Source: an uncultured Nitrososphaerales archaeon
GTDB lineage: Archaea; Thermoproteota; Nitrososphaeria; Nitrososphaerales; Gagatemarchaeaceae
Length of the DNA: 64,000 bases
Direction: 5' to 3'
Assembly: GCA_963706445.1 (NCBI GenBank)
Contig: OY970160.1
Coordinates: 768,001-832,000 of the forward strand
Shown here: positions 35,549 to 43,048 of the stretch, piece by piece
How positions within the stretch are numbered: position 1 is the first letter of the stretch
Layout: each line of letters begins with the position of its first letter
Notes under the pieces: model-generated
The model's input: the letters and a program-made list of their open reading frames with translations, nothing else
Told to the model about the DNA's origin: nothing
Databases searched by the model: none
Position numbers and translations under genes: made by a program

Positions 35549-37375
35549 GTGCAGCCTACCAAAATCCGTTCAAAGGTTTTGCTGGTTGGGTTGCTGCTCG
35601 GCAGTTCCTTGCTGGTCCTGTCGGCCGTTGGCGTCGCTGCGGTGCGCGCTCAGGGGGATCCAACCTTGACGGTCGCCCAGCAGAATATCGACAGCGGGCA
35701 GGCGGCTACGCTCACGGCCGTTGTAACAGGAGTGCCGTCAGGAGCCACCTACATATTGTCCTGGTCCATGGGTCCAGGGACTCCGATCTGCCCGGCGACG
35801 CCGCCGCCGATCCAGAGCGGAGTGTCGACGACGTTTGTTACTCCGACTCTGACCGCCAGTACGACGTACTGTGTTATGCTGGATGCCGGGACGGGGGGCA
35901 CAGCTGTGACAAACGTCACGGTCACCGTCAACCCCGCCCTGGTGGCCCCTGTGGTTTCTGCATCTCAGCCTATGGTTGCAAGCGGACAGTCCGCGAACCT
36001 GACCACCACCACTGCTTTCAGCGGAGGGACGTCCTTTTTCGCTTACCAGTGGCTCGAGGAGGCCCCCGGGGGAGGCTGGGTTACTCTTGGAAGCCCCTTC
36101 ACATCAACGGCTCCCTCAAGGCCCTCCATGTCGACAGGCGCCCTCGCCGCCTCCGGCATCTGGTACTTCGACCTCACGGTGACGGACTCCTCTCAGACGC
36201 CCGAGAAAGTTACTTCCAACATCGTTTCGGTCACAGTCGCGGGAACGTCCACGTCGTCAAGCTCTAGCACATCAACTGGTCAGAGTTCTACGTCAACGTC
36301 GACGGGTCAGAGTTCCACTTCTTTGTCCACTAGTGCCGCAGCTTCGGGGTTTCCTTGGGGAAGCGTGGCGATAGCCGTGGTTGCAATAGTCGCCGTCGTA
36401 GGCGGCCTTGCATACGGGCTCACACGCCGCAAGGGTGCGCAGCCGAAGGGATCGGACGACACGCCCCCCGGAGGAAACCTAGCCACGGCCCCGGTCGATC
36501 CCTGCGCCGGCCTGAAGAAGGCCCGCCAGGATGCCTCAGACGAGTACTTGGCGCTCTACAAGCAGTACGTCCAGGTCCTTGAAACCCCGCCGATCGACGG
36601 GGCCAAGGCCGACCAAATGTTGCAGGCGGTCGACGCGCTCAGGGCAAAGATAGATGCGCTGGACAAGGCGATCGCAAACTGCCAGGGAGGCCCTGGTGGG
36701 CCACCGCCTCCCCCTCCCCCTCCACCCCCTGCTCCGACGAACGCCGTCCCGCCGGTCGTTCCTCTCCCTCTGACAAGGGCGAAGCCCAAGCCCCCTTGCG
36801 ACGAAGGGGACACGCAGGATGTTGCCAGCTGCGAATGCGAAGTTAACTTGGCCCTTGTCGCTGGCGCGAAGATTGAATATGAGGAAGTCTATCAAATGAG
36901 CAAGGAAGACGTCGACAAGGCCATCAAGGGGCTCGAGACATTCCTTAGCGTAACCGCCGTCGCCACCAAGCTCCAGGGGTTGCTCACTGAACCGGTCGAA
37001 ATTGTAGCGAACATGATCGATCACATCTCCACTGAGACGGCATCGGACTCGGCGGTCGACGGGCTCAAGGAGCTAAACGAGAAGTTGGAGAAGTTCAAGG
37101 ATCAAGGGAAGAAAGCGCTACCAATGGTAGTGACCCTCCCCATAGCGAGGTTCCGTTTTTCTTGCAGGACCACGAAGGAATGCCAGGGCGGGCAATGGGT
37201 GGTGCACCGTACATCAGGGATGACGATGCTGGGGCCAGGGGACCCGAGCTCGATTTCGTTTGAACCCACCGCCACCTCCGCCAGCAACATCAAGGGACAG
37301 ATCGCGACAAGGGCGGCGACCTTCAATTCAGCCGCGAATACCGCGATTAATAACTGCCTGAAGAATTGCGAATAA
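35549..37375 (+). CDS. Single-pass surface protein (paralog of 17850) with a different Cys-rich C-terminal region
   Basis: Shared signal and Ig-like N-terminus, S/T linker, TM, DPCA...C hairpin, poly-Pro, extra Cys-rich domain. Confidence 0.78.
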   Translation: MQPTKIRSKVLLVGLLLGSSLLVLSAVGVAAVRAQGDPTLTVAQQNIDSGQAATLTAVVTGVPSGATYILSWSMGPGTPICPATPPPIQSGVSTTFVTPTLTASTTYCVMLDAGTGGTAVTNVTVTVNPALVAPVVSASQPMVASGQSANLTTTTAFSGGTSFFAYQWLEEAPGGGWVTLGSPFTSTAPSRPSMSTGALAASGIWYFDLTVTDSSQTPEKVTSNIVSVTVAGTSTSSSSSTSTGQSSTSTSTGQSSTSLSTSAAASGFPWGSVAIAVVAIVAVVGGLAYGLTRRKGAQPKGSDDTPPGGNLATAPVDPCAGLKKARQDASDEYLALYKQYVQVLETPPIDGAKADQMLQAVDALRAKIDALDKAIANCQGGPGGPPPPPPPPPPAPTNAVPPVVPLPLTRAKPKPPCDEGDTQDVASCECEVNLALVAGAKIEYEEVYQMSKEDVDKAIKGLETFLSVTAVATKLQGLLTEPVEIVANMIDHISTETASDSAVDGLKELNEKLEKFKDQGKKALPMVVTLPIARFRFSCRTTKECQGGQWVVHRTSGMTMLGPGDPSSISFEPTATSASNIKGQIATRAATFNSAANTAINNCLKNCE

Positions 37376-37525
37376 CAGTGTGGGTTTTAGTTCAGCTGGG
37401 CATGGCCCTACGCTCAGGCGGTTGCGGCTAGGATTCGCATAGAAGATCAAGCACATCTCACCGGGACCCCCCAATTCTCTTTCCTCTCGATTCCTTAATA
37501 ATAGGTGAGGGGTTGATGCAACGGC

Positions 37526-38422
37526 TTGGCGCGCCTCCTGTCGCCGATTTCATCCCTCCTCCCTGACCTGTTCAAGAAACCAAGCCTAATGACCGATCCC
37601 GAATCCCCGTTAATCTACTCCGGCTCGATGCTCCAGTTCTCCGAGGTCCACATGCTACCGGTCCGGAAGAAGGAAATCGCCAGGAAAGGCCGCAGGGGAG
37701 AAGTCCTCTACGCCGCCTTCGGAAGCTATGCTGTGCTTAACAGCCTTATGGTTCTCCCGCCCGAGAACTCGTATCAATTCCTATGGACACCAACCCGTGA
37801 CTGCGTCGTGTGGATAGGGTCGGTCTCCTACAGAGACGCCATCGACGATCTCATCTCAGTCTTCGATTCGACTGGATTCGGTGCAGCGAGGGTTTCACAG
37901 GGCCATATTCAAGCAATCGCCACACTAGGCGACATGGTCGGACTTGTCGGGTCCGGGTCGCTTAGGTCTGAACTTCCGACCTACAAGGTCTCTAGCAAAC
38001 CGCTGACGATATCGGGCGATGTCATCCTGGCAGACGCCCTCCAATTGATGTTCAAAGGAAGGATCAGGCGCCTATTCTTCGATGATGACCCCAGCAGGTT
38101 CGTTTCAGACAGGTCAATACTGGATCTCCTCTTCAGTCCTTTCATGCTCAAGGTGGCGAGAGACTCTCCCGCCAAGTGGCTCGACCTGCGGGTTGGCCAA
38201 ATTCCGAAAAGAGTTGCCACCGACGTTCCCTCAGGCGCCTCTCTGATGGAAGCTGCCTCCTTGCTCAATCCTCAATCCGACGACTGCCTTCTCACGGACA
38301 ATGGTCGGGTCGTGACGCGGTGGGACATCGTCGTCAAATCATGGAAAAAGGACTTGAGGGTCGCCCCAACTCCTCGCTCCCTCGTGTCTATCGTTCCCGA
38401 GCGAAGTGGAGATTTTGACTAG
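37526..38422 (+). CDS. CBS-domain protein
   Basis: LADALQLMFKGRIRRL...VSDRSI, SLMEAA...VVTRWDIV. Confidence 0.7.
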   Translation: MARLLSPISSLLPDLFKKPSLMTDPESPLIYSGSMLQFSEVHMLPVRKKEIARKGRRGEVLYAAFGSYAVLNSLMVLPPENSYQFLWTPTRDCVVWIGSVSYRDAIDDLISVFDSTGFGAARVSQGHIQAIATLGDMVGLVGSGSLRSELPTYKVSSKPLTISGDVILADALQLMFKGRIRRLFFDDDPSRFVSDRSILDLLFSPFMLKVARDSPAKWLDLRVGQIPKRVATDVPSGASLMEAASLLNPQSDDCLLTDNGRVVTRWDIVVKSWKKDLRVAPTPRSLVSIVPERSGDFD

Positions 38423-38605
38423 TATGATAATCTCTCCCAGGGTTTCACTTGCTGGAATTCAATCTTCAGACTAAGTTAAGGGCGGAACCCTCCGGGCCCG
38501 CTTTGTTTTCGCAACTCGCTGTTAGCCCTGCCGAGGCGGTCAATTATCAGATGTGGAAAACGGGTCCACGTCTTTTAAGAGGTTGGTTACCCAGATGCGA
38601 CTGGA

Positions 38606-39268
38606 ATGAAGCCGGTCCGTCAAAAGAAGCGCGTGATCATCGATTCTCGGGGAATCTGGTGCCCACCGACTCCCTTGACAGACCTGTTCAAGGCATGGCG
38701 AAGGGCTAGGCTCGGCGATGTCATTGAGCTGAGGGCGAATGAGCCAAGTATAGAGGCGGATGTCAGGGCTTGGGCGAAGAAAAGCGGGAATAGAGTAATT
38801 GACGTAATCAGGGAGAAGGACTACACCAAGATCGTTGTGCAAATCACGAAGATTGGGAAGGAAGTGGCGGAGATGTCGGCAATCAAGACCAACATGAACG
38901 AACCAGACGAGACGAAGGACGTTCCCAAGGGGAAGCTACAGCTGGTGACCTTAGGAGGTTTCACCTTTGGGCTCCGGACGCTGGAACCTGGATGGAAGTG
39001 GTCCGAGTCGATCAAGCCAACTGTTAGAACCGAGTCGTGTGAAATCCGACACCTCGGTTACGTTGTATCTGGACGCATGGGTTTCGCGATGGACGACGGA
39101 ACCGTACTCGGTGTAGGGCCAGGGGACGCCTTTGACGTACTACCCGGGCACAACGCTTGGACTGTGGGAAGGGAGCCGGTCGTCTTCATCGACATGATCA
39201 CCGCCGCCGAGCAGGCGAAGACCGCTGACGACATTGCGCGCAGGGTAAGAGAATTGCCCGCGACGTAA
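38606..39268 (+). CDS. TusA-like + cupin fusion protein
   Basis: IDSRGIWCPPTP...DVRAWAKKSGN, then EPGWKWSE..KP...C...HLGYVVSG...PGHNAW. Confidence 0.8.
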   Translation: MKPVRQKKRVIIDSRGIWCPPTPLTDLFKAWRRARLGDVIELRANEPSIEADVRAWAKKSGNRVIDVIREKDYTKIVVQITKIGKEVAEMSAIKTNMNEPDETKDVPKGKLQLVTLGGFTFGLRTLEPGWKWSESIKPTVRTESCEIRHLGYVVSGRMGFAMDDGTVLGVGPGDAFDVLPGHNAWTVGREPVVFIDMITAAEQAKTADDIARRVRELPAT

Positions 39269-39385
39269 GCTGACACTTGGATCAGTGGTGCTAAGGCTTC
39301 GCCGAGGCCACGGACAAGGACATCCGTTCTGGGGCGGCGCGGCATAGGCTTATCTTCGCTGGAGACTGGACGTAAGACCTCCCAG

Positions 39386-40054
39386 TTGGTTTCTACAGGA
39401 GTATCCTCTCTTGACAATCTTCTCGGCAGCGACGGCTACCCGGACAGATCCGCGATTCTAGTCGTAGGTCCCCCTGGAATCGGGAAGGAGGCTCTTGGAT
39501 ACTGGTTCGTCCGCTCTGGCCTGATACAGGGAGACTATTGCCTCTACGTCACCCATCGTCCTGTAACGGATGTCCTGAGGGATATGAAGGGAAGTGGCAT
39601 CAGCACCGAGAGGGTCCCCGAATGGATTGCGAGCTCGGGGTCATCCGTCAAGTGCGACCTGAGGGACGCCACCTCGATTTCGTTCAACACAAAGGAGGCA
39701 GTGAAGAGGAATGTTGGAAGGCGGGTCAGGGTAGCCACTGATGTCCTCTCTCCGCTTCTCGTACTCAACCCATTGGAGTCAATGTACAACTATTGGTCCC
39801 AGCTTGTTGCCGAACTGAAGCAGCAGGACTCGGTGCTGTTCGCCCTTGCGGAGGACGGGATGCACCCCCCGAACGTCCTGACTACAATGGAACAGCTGTT
39901 TGACGGTGTGATAGAGATGAGGCTCTACGAGGAAGGACTAGCGATAACCCCGCTCTTCCGCGTCAAGAAGATGCTAGGTCTGCCGCCTCTCCACGGATAC
40001 TTCCGGTTCTCCGTGACGAGCACCGGAATGGAGGTCGTACCACATGTCCATTGA
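39386..40054 (+). CDS. KaiC/RAD55-family ATPase
   Basis: STGVSSLDNLL, GPPGIGK, FDGVIEM, RVKKM. Confidence 0.85.
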   Translation: MVSTGVSSLDNLLGSDGYPDRSAILVVGPPGIGKEALGYWFVRSGLIQGDYCLYVTHRPVTDVLRDMKGSGISTERVPEWIASSGSSVKCDLRDATSISFNTKEAVKRNVGRRVRVATDVLSPLLVLNPLESMYNYWSQLVAELKQQDSVLFALAEDGMHPPNVLTTMEQLFDGVIEMRLYEEGLAITPLFRVKKMLGLPPLHGYFRFSVTSTGMEVVPHVH

Positions 40055-40967
40055 CGTGGTTGGAACGATAAACAATGGGAGCACTGTCCTAATCGTCGGC
40101 ATTCTGGTGTTAGGAATCTACAGGGCCCTGGGGATCCGGAGAGGGTTCGTCGGCGGGACGTACCGGAGCCGGGCAACCTGGTCTGCTCTCCTAATGTTGG
40201 TAATAATCATCTCAATGCTGAGCAACTACGTGCCCGTCTCTGACCCTAACATCCAGTTTATTGTCGGGTTCGTGCCCTTGGTTGCACTTATTTTCGTAAT
40301 CCTTGCTTACGGCGATAGGAGCGTCCTCGTCGCAATCGAGACAGATTTCTTCCACCGGGACACACTCAGCTGGTCGCGAATGCGCTGGGTCCTAGCCATA
40401 TACCTGGTGGCCTCGATCATAGGGACCGTAGCCGGGGGGTTCATCCTTACCCCCGAAGAGCAGTCGTCCTTCCTGGGGACACTTCTCAGCGATTTCTTCT
40501 TTTTTGGTCTCGCCGGGGCCCTAGCCATCTTGACAGCGGCTCTGATAGTCGGGGCACGGAGAAGTGCTGACCGGACGCTCAGAAGGAGCATACTTCTCCT
40601 CGGGCTCGCACTCTCGACTTTGGTGCTATCGATAGTGGCAACCTCTTTCCTCACCTTGGACACTCTTTCATACGTCATCGTGTACCAAGGCACAGGCTTG
40701 GTCGGCATCTACCTAATTTACAGGTCCGTGATGTCGCTCTCCCCGTTGGGCCGTGTCGAGAAGGGGGAGGTCGGGGGTTCCGAGCCTTCAACGCTGCGGA
40801 CAGCAACTCACAGAATGGTTACTACGACCTCACCACAGGCACCGGCACTGCTGGGACCGCCAACGGCTATTCATTCAACGAATGCAGCAGCAACACGGTT
40901 GGTGGTTCGAGTCCGACGGGACTCTGCACGTCTCAGGCCTAGGCCCAGTCCCCACAAATCGATGTAG
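40044..40967 (+). CDS. Seven-TM membrane protein coupled to the KaiC-like ATPase; tail probably aberrant
   Basis: Seven hydrophobic helices; overlaps the ATPase stop; the last about 60 aa overlap a gene remnant in another frame. Confidence 0.7.
   Translation: MSIDVVGTINNGSTVLIVGILVLGIYRALGIRRGFVGGTYRSRATWSALLMLVIIISMLSNYVPVSDPNIQFIVGFVPLVALIFVILAYGDRSVLVAIETDFFHRDTLSWSRMRWVLAIYLVASIIGTVAGGFILTPEEQSSFLGTLLSDFFFFGLAGALAILTAALIVGARRSADRTLRRSILLLGLALSTLVLSIVATSFLTLDTLSYVIVYQGTGLVGIYLIYRSVMSLSPLGRVEKGEVGGSEPSTLRTATHRMVTTTSPQAPALLGPPTAIHSTNAAATRLVVRVRRDSARLRPRPSPHKSM
40784..40942 (+). pseudogene. C-terminal remnant of a beta-helix-type secreted protein
   Basis: Alternate frame AFNAADSNSQNGYYDLTTGTGTAGTANGYSFNECSSNTVGGSSPTGLCTSQA* begins with the N-x-A-x-S-N-x-x-x-G repeat of 19609. 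Confidence 0.5.
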
Positions 40968-41106
40968 GAACCCACGAGGGTCCGTAGCATGTACTTCTGA
41001 TCCAACAAGAATTGGATGGGAAATCAGGTGATCCGAATGGTGGGATTCTCTTCCTGTAGAAGGCCGTGAGAAGCTTAAGAGAAACGAATGGCAAGGCGAG
41101 GCAGGA

Positions 41107-41307
41107 TTGACCCCCAGGGAGACGGCTCGACTCGTCCTGGTCGTCGTTGGCATTCTCTTGACTGGAGGCGGAGTAGTTGGATTATTCCAGAACCCCCAGT
41201 CCAGTGTCCTCTCTTCGGGCTTCGGAATAGTCTTCGCTGGGTTGGTATTGGTCGTAGTTGCTTTCATCATGGGCCCGCCACCAAGGCAGTCGCCCGCTTT
41301 GCATTAG
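41107..41307 (+). CDS. Small two-TM protein
   Basis: Two hydrophobic helices. Confidence 0.55.
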   Translation: MTPRETARLVLVVVGILLTGGGVVGLFQNPQSSVLSSGFGIVFAGLVLVVVAFIMGPPPRQSPALH

Positions 41308-41313
41308 CCAAGG

Positions 41314-41329
41314 AATCTCGGCCAGGGCG
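41314..41329 (+). repeat. Right half of the att-like site
   Basis: AATCTCGGCCAGGGCG just after the stop of 41107-41307. Confidence 0.55.
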
Positions 41330-41478
41330 TCGCCCAATCATTGACCGAGCCCACCAACATCAAAAATGGCCGAGTGGTAGAATACTGTAGAATCCCTTTC
41401 GCAACCTTCTCCTGTCTGATTCTCATGTCTGAGAATGGCTCCCGCGTGTTAAATAGGGCAGCTCGTCAGAATTCCTTC

Positions 41479-42441
41479 TTGTCACAAGGCAGACGCGGTA
41501 TTGCCCGTACAATTTTGATCGTCGTTGTTATCGTCATCATCGCGGTCGCTGGCATAGGTGCTTACTTCGCCTTCGGATCTTCTGGCTCGAGCCCTTCGAG
41601 TTCTTCGAGCCTGACGTCGTCTACGACTTCGACATCTTCAACTTCATCATCTCCGACCACGAGTTCAACCTCTGCCACCAGCTCAACACCCACCACCACT
41701 AGCTCCACGAGCACGACTTCAACAACATCGTCAACAACACAACCAACAACATCATCCTCGAGCTCGTCCACGAGCACCTCGTCGACGTCTTGCCTGCCTA
41801 CTATCCGCTTCACGTCTCAGCCTGCGAGCGTCTTCGTACCACAGCTCAGTGCCTACTCATCCATGGGTGGGAATTTCCAGCTCTCGGTGAACAAGACATC
41901 ATACACCTTCACCTCGAGCTACACAACGGTCTATGCGAGCGCGACGACGTTCAAGGTCAGCATCGTATCATCTGCTTATCCGAGTGCGTTCACGATGTGG
42001 CTTCTTAGGAACGGGACCCTTGTGGGGATAAACTATGCCGGGTACAACTACACGGGCGCAGCGGCAATTCAGTACTACCAGGGATCGCGTCTCTTCACCG
42101 CGTGGGGGACAATGCTTGTGTTCGGGCAGCAGCTTACGACCAACTACATCTATGATACTGCATACTTCCATTCCACCGGGACGTCGCCTGTGACGATCGG
42201 AGCGAACACGTTCACTCTGACCAACTACGCCGCAAACTCGCTTCCTGAGACCGTTCAGTCCTGCGGGGGTGCAAGCGTTACCCTCAGCACAGCAAGCATG
42301 TCCATAGGGACGCCGAACGGAGCGAACTATCCGTTCCCATTCGACGTGGACATTATGGCCTCGACCACAGGGGGCCCATCGGGAGCAGGGACGACGACCT
42401 TCACCATCACCTCCCAGATAACCTCGGTCACAGTGGCCTGA
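41479..42441 (+). CDS. Surface protein with class III (prepilin-like) signal peptide and long S/T linker
   Basis: RRG|IARTILIVVVIVII after TTAAATA; about 65-aa S/T tract; beta-rich domain. Confidence 0.72.
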   Translation: MSQGRRGIARTILIVVVIVIIAVAGIGAYFAFGSSGSSPSSSSSLTSSTTSTSSTSSSPTTSSTSATSSTPTTTSSTSTTSTTSSTTQPTTSSSSSSTSTSSTSCLPTIRFTSQPASVFVPQLSAYSSMGGNFQLSVNKTSYTFTSSYTTVYASATTFKVSIVSSAYPSAFTMWLLRNGTLVGINYAGYNYTGAAAIQYYQGSRLFTAWGTMLVFGQQLTTNYIYDTAYFHSTGTSPVTIGANTFTLTNYAANSLPETVQSCGGASVTLSTASMSIGTPNGANYPFPFDVDIMASTTGGPSGAGTTTFTITSQITSVTVA

Positions 42442-42483
42442 GGGACACCCGACAGTATGTGACGTCTTCAATGATGCCAACGG

Positions 42484-42523
42484 TTGCGCGCCTACACAGG
42501 GTAACGAGACTCGGCCAGGGAGT
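42484..42523 (+). repeat. 40-bp att-like site, copy I (degenerate)
   Basis: TTGCGCGCCTACACAGGGTAACGAGACTCGGCCAGGGAGT, same length and spacing as the consensus. Confidence 0.7.
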
Positions 42524-43048
42524 TTCTTGCCAGCCCAAGTTGGCGGGGCGCTCACTACGCGTTCAGCGTCAAGTGGGTCAGCGCAGGCCCGTACGGATAG
42601 ACCCAGTAAAACAAGGACAACTCCATCTGCACGTCCCGGCTAGCGGCAATCATGCAGGAAAGGCTAGCGAGGACATTTCATCGCATTCAGTCTCGCAAGA
42701 CGCCCGTTGATCTTTGTATGCTTTTTGGGGGCGGACCGACGAATATTAGCGCCAAGTACTTCTCTAGGTTATTACCTGGATGCTAATGGCGGTGTCTCCA
42801 GGGGTCGGCTGGGCAGAACCCACACAGTAGTCGTCCATGACTATTGAGGCAACACTCTTGCCAAGGGTAAGGCATTACGATTAGTTTCTCCAGCACCCCC
42901 GACTCTGCCGTCGCCGAAGTCCGGCCCGATCAGGGCTTTCACAAGTAGCGGAACCATCTCGTCTAGAAGTCACGTCGGGGTTTGCCTGTTCTGACGCTTA
43001 GCACTAAATATACCGCGTTCTGCATCAGACGCCGGGTGGCCTGGCTTC

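Noticed and set aside
1901-42523. 40-bp sites as classical integron attC sites
   Set aside because: No RYYYAAC...GTTRRRY ends or long imperfect palindrome, no IntI gene, and modules are multigene with mixed orientation.
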